64,000 bases of DNA, taken from the NCBI GenBank assembly GCA_965218095.1, contig OZ244587.1, positions 864,001 to 928,000 on the forward strand, given 5' to 3'. The stretch is from Candidatus Poribacteria bacterium. Lineage in GTDB: Bacteria; Poribacteria; WGA-4E; PCPOR2b. The notes under the pieces are model-generated. The model did not search any database. It was not told the origin of the DNA and worked only from the letters and a program-made list of their open reading frames with translations. Shown in pieces: positions 51,070 through 64,000 of this stretch (within the stretch, counting starts at the first letter, position 1; each line of letters starts with the position of its first letter). The position numbers were made by a program, and so were the translations under genes.

Positions 51070-52145
51070 TCAAAGCATATCTTCTCCAATTTCGATCGTC
51101 CTCCGCTCTTGTCGTGCCAACTCGATCGCGCAACCCGTCACCATGGCATTCCATCCTTCCCAGACACCTGTCTCCGGCTGTTTCGCCGGATCATCCAGCC
51201 AATCAAGGAAAGCGGCGATGATCGATTTGTCCGCCCCTCCGTGGCCGGCAATGCCGTTAGTTGTGCCTCCAATGATCTGCTCCTTACCGTGATACACATC
51301 CAGACGGAACTCGTTCCGATGAAAACTTCCCCTGAGTGTCGCATCGCTGCCGCAAATATGAAAAACCCTGTCATCTTTGGAGGCGAGGGGCATCAGGCTG
51401 AACGCTACCGTCACGCCATTCGCGTATTCGAGTACGGAACTCTGGTGGTCAACGTGATTCGAGTCGTTGTTGTAAACGCAAGCGGTTTTCATTCTCGGAA
51501 CATTGTTGTCTGGTTCGCGCAACTCCGGATAAAATTTAAAGGCGGAGAATTTGCATTTCGACTTGATAGGACAATTATCCGTGCAGTATTCAGGAACGTC
51601 GGGGCGAGGATTAAAAAAGGATCGGCTGCCCATCGATGCAACGCGAACACACGGACTCTCAATCAGCCAAGTCAATAGTCCAGGTCGTGGCAGCATTTCT
51701 CCAATAGCCAACTGCCAATCACCTCCCGTCTGTTGTAAGAAGGATGCCAGCAGTAGGTAGCCCAGTAACTGGGTGAGAGGACCTCTTTCCACTCCACCGT
51801 TGCAAGGATGCGCCCGGCATCTTCAAGATTGTGGGCCATCGGCTTTTCGAGAGAGACAGGGACACCGGATTCCATGAAAGCGCACGCGATATCCGCGTGT
51901 GTGTTTAGAGGTGTGGCAATCACGACCCCGTCCAGGGCTGGACCGGTACCGATCAGATCCCGATAGTCCGCAAAACAGGGGACCTTCGGCAAATCCAGCG
52001 CGTCTCGAAAGGATTTTTCTCTCTGGGCGTCGGGTTCGACGAAGGCAGAGATCGTGATTCGATCGGCGCATGTTACAGAAGCGTTTCGAGCCAGAGATCT
52101 TCCACGGTCGCCGACACCGACGAACGCCAAACGGTGTGATTTCAT
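51070..52145 (-). pseudogene. Gfo/Idh/MocA oxidoreductase with internal deletion and frameshifts
   Basis: 'LAFVGVGDRG', 'LEKPMA', 'LLEKCCHDLD', 'GHGGAD' split over two frames. Confidence 0.75.
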
Positions 52146-52146
52146 T

Positions 52147-53793
52147 TTACATCGTTCTATACGCTTCAACCAGCTGTTTTGCCCTCCTTCTCAAGAAAAA
52201 TCGAACCAATCCAAACGCAACTACGAGTATAGGAATGCCGGCAATGCTTAAAAACTTGAGGAAAAATTTCTCGCCCTCGGAAACCTCTTTCAACGGACGG
52301 TCTGTGACGCCGTGTGATCGGATGTTGATGAGATCTTCGCCGAACGTGAGCCAGTCTACCGTATTGAAGAAAAAGATCTGACCATCTGGACCGCCTTGCT
52401 GTAAAAAGCGGGCGTTTCCCACCACGGCGATCTGGGTCGGTTCGCTTTCAGTTTTGGTTGTTCGATCTTCCTCAGCCAGTTCAGCCTGTTCATCTTCGTC
52501 TGATTCACTGGATTCGACAGGTGGGATGTCTTTGCCCGCGTAGAAACTCTTGAACACCCCTGAAAGCGACGCAGCAACAGTATAAGCCTGCTGCGCAGAA
52601 GACGGGGGCTGGAATTGACGGTTCGTTGGGCTTATGTTGTACGGCGCCTGCACCGTCCAACCCGATTTGCTGGTTTTGGCGAGCGCCGTTATGTCGACGG
52701 ATTCATTTTCTTTCGATAGCAATTCCAGCGAACTTGCCCAGGTCAACGTCAGACTCTCCAACTGGTTGGTGATAATACTGTCTTCGGATAACCCCTCTGA
52801 AGCTTCCCCGGAACGGTAGCGGTACTGCTTCATGACCTTAATGAAGTATGGATAGCCCGTTGTCACTCGCATAAACCCTTGTGAATAAGTGATCTGTCCC
52901 ATGGAAACATCAAGCACAAGATTATTGCCGAGCTTCACGCCGTAGTGTTCCAGCAGATCATTCAGCCCCGTTGCAAGGGGATTCGCTCGCAGACCTTCGT
53001 AGTCGATGCTAATCGGATCGATTAAGAAGACCGTCCGTCCGCCGCGCATGATAAACTGATCAATCTCATATTTCTCGCGCTCGGTCAACTGCTTCTGCGG
53101 ACCAGAGATAATCAGCGTCGCAACATCGGTGTTAATCTCTTTTCCATCATCGATCGGTACATTTCTCACCTCGTACTGCTTAGCCAATTCTTGACGCAGT
53201 AGCGCATAGGCCTGATTAAAGATATCCAGCTCGTCATGTCCTGTCAGAAAACCGACGGTCTTGACCTCTTTGCTTGTCACCTTGAGAATCGCGGAGGTCA
53301 AGTCATATTCAAGATTGGTAGTTGTTTGGACAACAGGGAGAACCTCTTTTTTATCTTCATAGAGGACCGCGATACCCATATAAACATTCGCAACTTCAGC
53401 TTTGTCTTTCTCAATGACGTTCACCTGCACTTTGGGAATCCCCAGCAATCTGAGTTTCTGCTTTTCGGTTTCATCATCTGTTGTGGGGTCAATAAAGTTA
53501 ATCTGCAGATTCTTGGAAAAGGCACGGTATTCATCAAGCATATCACGGATAGATTGACGAATTTGGGCAACGCGTGGGGGCTGCCGTGAAAAATAGGCGT
53601 CGATTGTTACGATGTCGTCCAGACGCTTGAGGGCTTTTTTCGTTGATTGTGAAATTGTGTATCGCTTGTCCTCTGTGAGGTCTGCGCGAACAAAACGACG
53701 GCTTGAGAGGAAATTGATTAACGCAACAATGCCGAATACGACGAGGATAAAAGCGAGTGTATTGCCGCCATATTTCAATGTTCTTGAAGCCAT
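52147..53793 (-). CDS. GldG-like ABC transporter auxiliary protein
   Basis: 'DLTEDKRYTIS', 'LEYDLTSAI', 'GFLTGHDE', 'NTVDWL', TM at both ends. Confidence 0.88.
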   Translation of the reverse strand: MASRTLKYGGNTLAFILVVFGIVALINFLSSRRFVRADLTEDKRYTISQSTKKALKRLDDIVTIDAYFSRQPPRVAQIRQSIRDMLDEYRAFSKNLQINFIDPTTDDETEKQKLRLLGIPKVQVNVIEKDKAEVANVYMGIAVLYEDKKEVLPVVQTTTNLEYDLTSAILKVTSKEVKTVGFLTGHDELDIFNQAYALLRQELAKQYEVRNVPIDDGKEINTDVATLIISGPQKQLTEREKYEIDQFIMRGGRTVFLIDPISIDYEGLRANPLATGLNDLLEHYGVKLGNNLVLDVSMGQITYSQGFMRVTTGYPYFIKVMKQYRYRSGEASEGLSEDSIITNQLESLTLTWASSLELLSKENESVDITALAKTSKSGWTVQAPYNISPTNRQFQPPSSAQQAYTVAASLSGVFKSFYAGKDIPPVESSESDEDEQAELAEEDRTTKTESEPTQIAVVGNARFLQQGGPDGQIFFFNTVDWLTFGEDLINIRSHGVTDRPLKEVSEGEKFFLKFLSIAGIPILVVAFGLVRFFLRRRAKQLVEAYRTM

Positions 53794-53797
53794 AGAT

Positions 53798-54514
53798 CTA
53801 CCTCCATTTTTGAATGGTAACCATCAATACGCTCAAATAAAGGAAAAAACCGATAACGGAGAAGTAATAGATGAGATCCCGCGAATCGATAACGCCTCGG
53901 AGGATGCTGCTGAAATGGGCACCTAAACCGAGGTAGCTGAAAAGCGGGACAATCCAATCCGGCGCGTTGAAAAGCACAAGGTCCTCCCCAATGATGAGGA
54001 GCGCGAAGCAAAGCACAATGCCGACAATGAAGCCAATGATCTGATTTTCCGTCAATGCGGAGGCGAATAGCCCAATTGAGAGGTAAGCTGCACCCATCAA
54101 GAAAAGCCCGATGTAGCCGCCGATGATGGGACCACCGTCCGGCTCGCCAAGGTAGGCAACAGTAATTGGTATCGAAAGAGAAAGGAGAATCGTCACCCCA
54201 AGCAGGGCAAAGCTCGCAAGGTATTTTCCGATAACCGCTTCGTAATCCTTGATCGGCAGGGTCATTAGAATTTCAACTGTTCCGATTTTTTTCTCTTCCG
54301 CCCAGAGTTTCATTGTGAGTGCAGGGACAAAAAAGAGAAACAACCAGGGCATTAAACCGAAGAAGCCTCTCATTTCGGCCTGGCTGACAATAAAAAAACT
54401 GCGAAAGAAAAACCAGCCGGAAAGCGCTAGGAAAAATGTGATAAAGATATAAGCGATTGGTGAATTAAAGTAGCTTCTGAACTCTTTCTTGAAAATTGCT
54501 GCGATGTTGTTCAT
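53798..54514 (-). CDS. GldF-like ABC-2 permease
   Basis: 'KKEFRSYFNSPIAY', 'AEEKKIGTVEILMTLP', 'RGVID'. Confidence 0.9.
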   Translation of the reverse strand: MNNIAAIFKKEFRSYFNSPIAYIFITFFLALSGWFFFRSFFIVSQAEMRGFFGLMPWLFLFFVPALTMKLWAEEKKIGTVEILMTLPIKDYEAVIGKYLASFALLGVTILLSLSIPITVAYLGEPDGGPIIGGYIGLFLMGAAYLSIGLFASALTENQIIGFIVGIVLCFALLIIGEDLVLFNAPDWIVPLFSYLGLGAHFSSILRGVIDSRDLIYYFSVIGFFLYLSVLMVTIQKWR

Positions 54515-54619
54515 TTTCTTCTTGTGTGACTTCCTTGAAAACCGCTAGGGTTAATTTATCGTGAGATTTTCAGTCTTTGCTTCGCATTTGGCTGACTGAG
54601 ACAGCCGAGGACAAATTGG

Positions 54620-55294
54620 CTAGAGTGTAGGTTTTGTTTGATGGTTTATTCCCGCCCTCTTCCACTCAATATTCTCCTTGCACTTCCGACACCTCCATGT
54701 TCTTGCGCGTTGACTCAAGCGTTGTCGTTTCCATTGTTGACCACATCCGCACTGTCCGTGCCAGCGCGGGGGTGTATGTTGGACGTGGTGGCACCGTTCG
54801 GCCGTGCATCCAATCCGTCGTGCTGCTGCCTTCCATGTTGCATCGTGTCCGTGCTTTGGTCCGACTATCGCATGTGCGATCTCGTGCAGGATCGTATCAA
54901 CGATTTCTTCCTTAGATGCTTTCAAGCAGTACGTAACCGAGAGCGTGATCTGCTTCTCCGCGTACCTGCATAAGCCCCCGCGCTCCGGCGCGAGATCGAA
55001 TGCGAACTGCCATCCCGCTTTGAGTCCGCTTTTGACTTCGTGTTCTCGAATTAAGTGCTTTCCCACCGCTGCAACCTCGGTGAGCCGCATCGCGGGTTCT
55101 TGCGTGGGCTCTGTCACCGTCAAGACACTGTATGGGACGTTCCACAGCGTTCCTTGCTGCGTTGCCACCCGTGCACGCCAGGGTAATAGCCTTTGTACGG
55201 TGCCGTGCAGCGTACTGTCCGTCTCGGTTGTAAATGATACTTTTGTACCCGGTGGGTACGCCGCTCCTGCGAAATCGGTTGTCACGATTCTCAT
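54620..55294 (-). CDS. SprT-like zinc metalloprotease-domain protein
   Basis: 'DTILHEIAHAIVG..HGHD..WK' HExxH, C-terminal CxC...CxxC; RBS aggagg. Confidence 0.85.
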   Translation of the reverse strand: MRIVTTDFAGAAYPPGTKVSFTTETDSTLHGTVQRLLPWRARVATQQGTLWNVPYSVLTVTEPTQEPAMRLTEVAAVGKHLIREHEVKSGLKAGWQFAFDLAPERGGLCRYAEKQITLSVTYCLKASKEEIVDTILHEIAHAIVGPKHGHDATWKAAARRIGCTAERCHHVQHTPPRWHGQCGCGQQWKRQRLSQRARTWRCRKCKENIEWKRAGINHQTKPTL

Positions 55295-55360
55295 GGTTAG
55301 GGTCCTCCTAAGTCAGGAGACTGTGCATTGTGTCGGAGGTGAAACGGAAGCCGATTGGCT

Positions 55361-56326
55361 TTACGAGGCGGTTGGCTGAGTTGCAGATTCGTTGCCGGTC
55401 AGTTGCAGGAAGACATCTTCGAGGCTAATTGCTTCTTGACGCAATTCTGTCAAACTCCAGTGATTTTGTACCACAAAATGGAAGAGTTCTTCTGCGGTGT
55501 TCTTCCCTTTTTGGGACACAATCTGATAGCCGCACACGCCATCGTCAGATTTAACCCGTTTGAAGTCTGAAATCAGACTTAATTCTTCAAGCTTGGCTTC
55601 AATCTCTTCACGCGGACCTCGAATGGAGATGTGAACAACCTCTTCGCCGCGTGCGCGCCCGGCTAACTCATCCGGCGCGCCGTTTGCCACGATCTGCCCA
55701 TCATTGATAATCAAAATTCGGCTACAGGTCGCAGAGACTTCGGGCAGGATATGCGTGCTGAAAATGATCATCTTTTCTTTGCCAATCTCTTTGATCAGGT
55801 TTCGGATTTCGATAATCTGGCTGGGGTCGAGTCCAGAGGTAGGCTCATCAAGGATGAGAATCGGTGGGTCATGGATAAGGGTTTGTGCCAAGCCAAGACG
55901 CTGGCGGTAGCCTCTGGAGAGTTCGCCAACGTCCTTTTGGATCATCTTCTCAAGACCGCAAATGTCAACGACACCTTTAATTCGCTGGGAGCGTTGACTT
56001 TTTGGGATGTTCCGAATTTGGGCAATAAATTTGAGATAGTCGATAACCCCCATATCCGTGTAGAGCGGGGCGCTCTCGGGCAGGTACCCAATTCGTTTAC
56101 GGACTTCAATGGACTCCTCAAAAACGTCGTATCCAGCGACTTTCGCTGTCCCCTCGTCCGCTGAAAGGTAGCAGGTTAAAACACGCATCGTTGTGGTCTT
56201 GCCAGCCCCATTTGGACCAAGGAAGCCCAGGACTTCCCCAGCTTTCGCATCGAAGGAGACATTATTTACAGCAACGGTGGGGCCATACCGTTTCGTCAAA
56301 TTTATCACTTCAATCATGCTTGACAA
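55361..56326 (-). CDS. GldA-like ABC transporter ATP-binding protein
   Basis: GPNGAGKTT, 'LSRGYRQR', 'LILDEPT', 'STH'. Confidence 0.93.
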   Translation of the reverse strand: MSSMIEVINLTKRYGPTVAVNNVSFDAKAGEVLGFLGPNGAGKTTTMRVLTCYLSADEGTAKVAGYDVFEESIEVRKRIGYLPESAPLYTDMGVIDYLKFIAQIRNIPKSQRSQRIKGVVDICGLEKMIQKDVGELSRGYRQRLGLAQTLIHDPPILILDEPTSGLDPSQIIEIRNLIKEIGKEKMIIFSTHILPEVSATCSRILIINDGQIVANGAPDELAGRARGEEVVHISIRGPREEIEAKLEELSLISDFKRVKSDDGVCGYQIVSQKGKNTAEELFHFVVQNHWSLTELRQEAISLEDVFLQLTGNESATQPTAS

Positions 56327-56635
56327 TCACCTCTATGCCTTTGAGTTTCTGTAGAATCGAATCAATAACAAAACGAATAAAATAATAGCATGTTGATCAA
56401 AACAGCGTCAAGTAAAAATTGGGGGTAATCTGCGACTAGCAAGTGCTAGTAGGAGAGGAAGAGGAAATTGGGAGGGGGAGAAAGGGGGAGAAGGCAAGAT
56501 TCCTGATGAGATTATGAACACAAGGAAGAAAGGATGGATGGAAGAAAGAGGCAGCTAGGGTGGAAAATAGCCTGCCCTCATCCTTCCGATCTTCCGTTAC
56601 GTTCATGTATCGCGAATTACGCCTCACGTTTAGTT

Positions 56636-56989
<354 letters not shown>

Positions 56990-57131
56990 TCAAACAGCAG
57001 CGCTCACAATCTCCTGGCCGTTCGAATCCAGTAAAGCATAAGAACGTAGGAAAAATCCCCTCCTTTACGGATTACGCATTACGCTTTACTCGTTCACATT
57101 TGTCGAAAATCTGGAAAATGAACTCGCTTGA

Positions 57132-58547
57132 TTAGATATCATAGTAGAGATGGAATTCGTGTGGATGCGGACGCAGATTGACTGCATCAACCTCGTTTTC
57201 ACGTTTATACTCTATCCACGTATCAATTACGTCCTGCGTGAACACATCGCCCTTTAGCAGGTAATCATGATCATCCTCCAGGGCATCAAGCGCCTCCGCT
57301 AAGGAGCCTGGGGTTGATTCAATCGACTCCATCTCCTCTGGTTCGAGATCGTAGAGATCTTTATCAAGCGGATCGCCGGGGTGAATCTTGTTCTGGATAC
57401 CATCAAGCCCCGCCATGAGCAACGCACTCAGCGTGAGGTAGACGTTAGAAGACGGATCCGGCGTGCGGAATTCAACCCGTTTCGCTCTTTCGCTCCTGGA
57501 GTAGACGGGAATGCGCACGCAGGCGCTTCGATTTCTTTGTGAATACGCAATGTTTACTGGCGCTTCAAAGCCCGGCACCAACCGCTTGTAAGAGTTGGTT
57601 GTGGGTGCAATAATCGCGCAAAGGGACGGTGCATGTTTGAGCAATCCACCGATATAGTATAATGCATCCTCACTCAAAAGGGCATAGCCCTGTGCATCAT
57701 AGAAGATATTTTTCCCATCTTTCCACAAGCTCTGATGGATGTGCATACCTGAACCATTGTCTTCAAAGAGCGGCTTCGGCATGAAGGTCGCCGTCATATT
57801 GTGGGCGCGAGCCGTATTCTTGATGATATACTTGTACAGCACCATCCTATCGCCTATCGTTGTCAGGGTATCAAACCGAAGGTTGATTTCTCCCTGTCCA
57901 GCCGTACCCACCTCGTGATGGTGAACCTCTACGTCAACGCCGCATTCGATCATTTTGAGAATCATTTCGGATCGAATATCTTGTAGCGTATCGGATGGGG
58001 GTACGGGGAAATATCCCTCTTTATAACGAGGTTTGTATCCAAGGTTAGGCCCTTCATCCTTTCCTGTATTCCAGCTTCCTTCGACGGAATCAATGAAGTA
58101 ATAGCCTGAATGCTGGTTTTGGTCGTAACGGACATCATTGAAGATGAAAAACTCGGCTTCAGGCCCCCAATAGGTGGTATCAGCGATCCCCGTGGAGATT
58201 ACGTAGGCTTCTGCTTTCTGAGCAATATGCCGCACGTCCCGCGTATAGCTTTCCAGTGTAATTGGATCTTTAATATTGCAAATGATACTCAATGTGGGAA
58301 TCTTGCAAACTGGATCGACAATTGCCGTCGCTGGATCGGGAAAGAGCAGCATGTCGCTTTCGTTGATCGTCTGGAAACCACGAATACTTGAACCATCAAA
58401 ACCGATTCCCTCTTCAAACAGGTCCTCCTCTAACTCTGATGCGGGAATCGAGAAGTGCTGCCACATGCCGAGCAGATCCGTGAATTTAAGGTCAACAATT
58501 TTGACTTCCTTTTCTCTCGCAAACGCGAGCACCTCACTCGGTGTCAT
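57132..58547 (-). CDS. glnA: Glutamine synthetase type I
   Basis: 'FDGSSI', 'HHHEV', 'FMPKP...DNGSGMH', 'NRSACVRIP', 'DLYDL'. Confidence 0.98.
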   Translation of the reverse strand: MTPSEVLAFAREKEVKIVDLKFTDLLGMWQHFSIPASELEEDLFEEGIGFDGSSIRGFQTINESDMLLFPDPATAIVDPVCKIPTLSIICNIKDPITLESYTRDVRHIAQKAEAYVISTGIADTTYWGPEAEFFIFNDVRYDQNQHSGYYFIDSVEGSWNTGKDEGPNLGYKPRYKEGYFPVPPSDTLQDIRSEMILKMIECGVDVEVHHHEVGTAGQGEINLRFDTLTTIGDRMVLYKYIIKNTARAHNMTATFMPKPLFEDNGSGMHIHQSLWKDGKNIFYDAQGYALLSEDALYYIGGLLKHAPSLCAIIAPTTNSYKRLVPGFEAPVNIAYSQRNRSACVRIPVYSRSERAKRVEFRTPDPSSNVYLTLSALLMAGLDGIQNKIHPGDPLDKDLYDLEPEEMESIESTPGSLAEALDALEDDHDYLLKGDVFTQDVIDTWIEYKRENEVDAVNLRPHPHEFHLYYDI

Positions 58548-58688
58548 CTACACCCTCCTTAAGAATTAGAATATTGAACTAAACGGCGTCAAGTCGAGTA
58601 AGACTAAGCAAATCATTGGAAACAATGCGATGTGATAGAGGACACAATGTCATTTCGATAGGCACGGAAAGGGATACCTCAAAGATAG

Positions 58689-58705
58689 AGCAAGCGATAT
58701 GCCAA
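58689..58705 (-). promoter_or_regulatory. Sigma-54 (-24/-12) promoter of glnA
   Basis: Minus strand TTGGCAT-ATCGC-TTGCT versus consensus TGGCAC-N5-TTGC, about 140 nt upstream of glnA. Confidence 0.7.
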
Positions 58706-58893
58706 TTGTTAAATTGCTGCCGGGATGAGAAATGTACATGGGTGTCTTGTACCTGATTGTCTCGCTATGTGAAGCGTCCCTTTTGTGGAACATTAAATAT
58801 GTGATGTAAATCCCTCGATTCATTGGTGCTGAATTCTTAGGCATATAACTGCTCAAGTTTTTAGCAATGTGAGCCAACCTCTCAAAGGTTTGT

Positions 58894-59469
58894 TCACTGA
58901 TCCAAATCGTCCACAAAACGACTTACTTCGGGCTCGACTTGCCCTGCATATTTGTTCCCCGGCTTTCGACGGTAGGGGACTTTTGCAGGAGAAGACAACT
59001 GTTCAAACGTAAACGCACAGATCCGCATACCGGGATAGAGCTTAACAGGCATGCGTCCAAGATTTCCCAGCTCCAATGTTGCCGTCCCGACCCAACCTGG
59101 ATCAAAAAGCCCCGCCGTGCTATGGACAATAATGCCGAGTCTTCCAAGGCTACTACGGCCTTCGAGACGCGCCATCACATCGTCCGCAAGTTCCAGGGTT
59201 TCGAGCGTTGCAGCGAGGACAAATTCACCCGGCTGCATGGTAAACGCTCCACCATCGGGGACTTCTACTTTGTGCATCAGTTCGTTGAGGTCAATCTCTG
59301 CACGGAGATCGATATACGGATACTTACTGTGCTCAAACACACGAAAGATATTCCCCAACCTGAAATCGATGGAACAAGAACCAAGCTGTTTGGTGAGATC
59401 TGGGGAGGGCGCGATTTTGATTTTCCCCATTTCTAGATAACAGACAATATCCCGATCTGATAAAACCAT
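58894..59469 (-). CDS. dcd: dCTP deaminase
   Basis: 'MVLSDRDI', 'SIDFRLG', 'EGRSSLGRLG', 'DPGWVG..TLE'. Confidence 0.95.
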   Translation of the reverse strand: MVLSDRDIVCYLEMGKIKIAPSPDLTKQLGSCSIDFRLGNIFRVFEHSKYPYIDLRAEIDLNELMHKVEVPDGGAFTMQPGEFVLAATLETLELADDVMARLEGRSSLGRLGIIVHSTAGLFDPGWVGTATLELGNLGRMPVKLYPGMRICAFTFEQLSSPAKVPYRRKPGNKYAGQVEPEVSRFVDDLDQ

Positions 59470-60071
59470 CAGCCTTCCTTTCACTCCCGCTGAATCTCTT
59501 GCTTTAAGAGCATTCAACGACCTCATGGGGAGCATCTGGAAAATGAAATGTGCATTTGAAGAATTATGAAGAGCATCGTACACAACAGCAGATTATCACT
59601 CATTATATACTAAAGTCATTGAAAATGCAAAGAGTTATTTCTATTCGGGTGTGTAAGGAATTTGTCAGTTTGGATGAGCGGCAACTGACATCAACTCAAA
59701 TTAAACCACACCAGATCTTGTGGCAAGTTCAATATCCGCCAAAACTGCCTCGACATACCCGGTACGAGATACGCTAACCCTATAGGTACCGTTTCAAGAA
59801 CCTGTGGTATTCATACATGCCTCCATTCATTTCCCTTTTTACTTTGCTGAACGGATAGTCTCAGTAGATCACAATTCTCGCGTTTTTACGCTCGGCTTGG
59901 ATTGGCAAATCCAAGCCCAAAGCCGACGGATTTGCCAATCCGTCGGGAGCAACTGGCAAAAATGTGAAGTACTGAGTCTACCATTCTAACGCCGCCGCTG
60001 CACGACAATTATATCAAATTTTCGCCACCCTGTAAACGAGAAAAGCGGCGCACAATTCCCTCCTTTCACCT

Positions 60072-60100
60072 TTGACAATATGGATGGAGTATGTTATTAT
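60072..60100 (+). promoter_or_regulatory. Sigma-70-type promoter of hisG
   Basis: TTGACA-N17-TATTAT with extended TG. Confidence 0.6.
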
Positions 60101-60162
60101 ACCATCTCAAATTAATCAAGTCCGAATAGACTCGTCTAGCAAGGAGACATTAAGTAAAACCC

Positions 60163-61035
60163 ATGAACAGACTCAAACTCGGGATTCCTAAAGGAACCAT
60201 GCAGGAATCCACCATCAGCCTTTTCAAAAGAGCAGGATACGCTATCACCGGCAGCAGCAGATCTTACTATCCACACATTAATGACGATGAGATTGAGGTA
60301 ATGCTTCTGCGTCCGCAGGAGATGGCACTCTATGTCGAGGGTGGCGTCATTGATGTCGGTTTAGCTGGACGCGATTGGGTGCGTGAATGCAAAACCGATG
60401 TGCTAGAAATCGCGTCGTTGACCTACAGCAAGCAAACCACGCAGCCCGCCCGATGGATTTTGGCAGTTGCGGAAGATTCCCCGATCAAGTCTGTCACAGA
60501 TCTTGAGGGAAAAGTGATTTTCACCGAATTAGTCGGGGCAACGAGAGTCTACCTTGCGGATAATGGCGTTAACGCAACCGTCAAATTTTCGCACGGTGCG
60601 ACTGAGGTGAAGATTCCCCACTTATGCGATGCGATTGTTGAGATTACGGAGACCGGAAGTTCTTTACGTGCCAATCGATTGAAGATTATCGATGTCGTGA
60701 TGGAATCGGTGACGACGTTGATTGCAAACAAGGAGAGCTGGGAGGACAAATGGAAGCGAACAAAGGCGGAAAATCTGTACTTGCTGCTTTCAGGAGCATT
60801 GGAAGCAGAAAACAAAGTTGGGCTCAAAATGAACATTGCAGCGGAAAATCTGCAAGCACTGCTCGCCATTTTGCCAGCGATGAAAAACCCAACGATTTCC
60901 CCACTCAGCCAAGACGGATGGTGTGCCGTCGAGACGATTATTGATGAGCATATTGTGCGAGATCTCATCCCAGAACTCAGGAACATTAGCGCAGAAGACA
61001 TTATCGAGTATCCGCTGAACAAAGTGATTCCATGA
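60163..61035 (+). CDS. hisG: ATP phosphoribosyltransferase (long form)
   Basis: 'LGIPKG', 'GATE', 'DAIVEITETGSSLRAN', C-terminal regulatory domain 'PTISPL'. Confidence 0.96.
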   Translation: MNRLKLGIPKGTMQESTISLFKRAGYAITGSSRSYYPHINDDEIEVMLLRPQEMALYVEGGVIDVGLAGRDWVRECKTDVLEIASLTYSKQTTQPARWILAVAEDSPIKSVTDLEGKVIFTELVGATRVYLADNGVNATVKFSHGATEVKIPHLCDAIVEITETGSSLRANRLKIIDVVMESVTTLIANKESWEDKWKRTKAENLYLLLSGALEAENKVGLKMNIAAENLQALLAILPAMKNPTISPLSQDGWCAVETIIDEHIVRDLIPELRNISAEDIIEYPLNKVIP

Positions 61036-61277
61036 CACGTGAAACGTAAAGCGTGAATGAACTTCCCCAGGTAGGAGTGGAGCAATTTATTGCTGCGGCT
61101 CGGGCGCGTAGGGAGACAATACTCGGTCGAGAAATAACAATAGAAACTGCGGCTGGTAGAACCTAGATAGATCTTGCTACAATAACGCCAAGATGAAGCG
61201 TTTTCTAATTGGAAGCGGGCGGACGAATCCAAAAGCCTTCTCCGCCCTCAACACATTCAGCAGAGAAGGAATCAAAG

Positions 61278-62336
61278 ATGAAATGCCAAATTAACCGATT
61301 GTTTCTCCTCATTCTGATTTGGGCGATGACTTATTTCGGATGCGGTGAAGATTCGTTCTCCCCTTCTGTGCAACAGGCGAAAGTCCCTCAACAGAAAGAA
61401 GACCTTCAAAAGGAAGAAGATCCTCAGCTTGGAACAGTATCTGGAATTATCACCGATGCCACGACGGGAAACCCGATTCCGGGAGCAACTGTTCACTTAT
61501 TGGATCAGACAGTGGAGACCGGGGCAGATGGCAGATACGTTTTCACGCAGATTGGCTACGCGGAGGCGCTCAATTTAGCAGTCACGGATGTCGATTACGA
61601 ACCCAAAACCCATGGGTTTGAACTCAGCGTTGAACACTTGCCGCTGAATATCTCTCTGATTCCAAACTTTGGAGCGGTATCTGGAATTATCACCGACGCC
61701 ACGACGGGGAACTCGATTCCGGGAGTAACTGTCAACTTACTGAATCAGACGGTGGAGACCGAAACAGATGGCAGATATATTTTCACACAGATTGCCTACT
61801 CGGAGGCACTCAGTTTAACGGTTGTGGATGCTGACTACAAGTCCAAAACTCAGGTGTTTGAACTCAGGACTGACCACTTTCTGTTGAACATCCCTCTGAC
61901 CCCATTAACGAATCCCGAAGCGGAGATTCAGCAGTTTCTTGACTCATTTTCGGCACTGATTGAGTCAATGGATATGGACAACTTGGAAGCAATCCAGGCG
62001 CACTTTTCAGAAACGTACCTAGCAGGAGATGACCCGGTTACACGATTCGGTTTAGCGACAGGGGTCATCCCTGCAAGATTTGAGGAAGTCATTCCGTCAA
62101 TTAGCAAGCTATTTGAAAAATTTGATGCAATCCAATTCCGGTTTCAAAATATTCAAGTGGATGTGACCCATTCACGCGAGGCGTCTGCGCGACTCACTTT
62201 AGACGTTATCTCCGAACAAGGACCGCGACCAGATAAGAAAGCAATTACTGTTGAATGCCGAATGGATTTCCGTAAAGAAGGATTAAAGTGGAAAGTTGTT
62301 TTCTGGCAGCTTTTCAAAGTAGAGGTTCTGCTGTGA
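61278..62336 (+). CDS. Lipoprotein with two carboxypeptidase-regulatory-like (prealbumin-like) repeats and an NTF2-like C-terminal domain
   Basis: Lipobox-like 'YFGC'; 'GTVSGIITDATTGNPIPGATV' repeated with a 240-nt period (about 61430 and 61670). Confidence 0.75.
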   Translation: MKCQINRLFLLILIWAMTYFGCGEDSFSPSVQQAKVPQQKEDLQKEEDPQLGTVSGIITDATTGNPIPGATVHLLDQTVETGADGRYVFTQIGYAEALNLAVTDVDYEPKTHGFELSVEHLPLNISLIPNFGAVSGIITDATTGNSIPGVTVNLLNQTVETETDGRYIFTQIAYSEALSLTVVDADYKSKTQVFELRTDHFLLNIPLTPLTNPEAEIQQFLDSFSALIESMDMDNLEAIQAHFSETYLAGDDPVTRFGLATGVIPARFEEVIPSISKLFEKFDAIQFRFQNIQVDVTHSREASARLTLDVISEQGPRPDKKAITVECRMDFRKEGLKWKVVFWQLFKVEVLL

Positions 62337-62345
62337 TTCGATTGA

Positions 62346-64000
<1,655 letters not shown>

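Noticed and set aside
52147-56326. Gliding motility system
   Set aside because: GldAFG-like ABC modules are widespread in non-gliding bacteria; no gldKLMN or T9SS genes are present in the window.
59600-60160. His attenuator or riboswitch upstream of hisG
   Set aside because: No His-rich leader peptide or recognisable aptamer; the promoter lies only about 60 nt from the start codon.
60549-61232. Long antisense ORFs (for example 60549-61232, 6825-7466, 37366-37953)
   Set aside because: Shadows of well-supported genes on the opposite strand, with no recognisable motifs.

Overview
Bacterial chromosomal window from a diderm organism. The gene content (many Gfo/Idh/MocA oxidoreductases, a GHL10-like hydrolase, an orphan microcompartment vertex gene, lpxC-fabZ fusion) is suggestive of Candidatus Poribacteria, but this is an inference. 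Positions 1-16.9 kb form a decaying accessory region: oxidoreductase paralogues and pseudogenes, a broken toxin/immunity-like pair whose toxin carries a methyltransferase-like domain, three adjacent or nested IS elements, an IS982-interrupted phosphatase, a small Zn-finger ORF and eutN. At least five perfect 10-27 bp tandem duplications lie in this region. The remainder is largely intact housekeeping DNA: a two-component pair with a GAFTGA-less NtrC-type regulator; a probable 6S RNA plus ygfA; a dcw cluster lacking mraZ, murB and ddl but carrying an RHH gene before ftsQAZ; a radical SAM gene; a group II intron 3' remnant; cpsB-ubiB-dipeptidase-yqgF-mltG-lpxC/fabZ-lpxA-lpxI; a gldAFG-DUF4340 ABC operon with an inserted SprT-like gene; glnA-glnB with a sigma-54 promoter; dcd; hisG; a repeat lipoprotein; and a partial ligA. 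No CRISPR array, tRNA or rRNA was seen.
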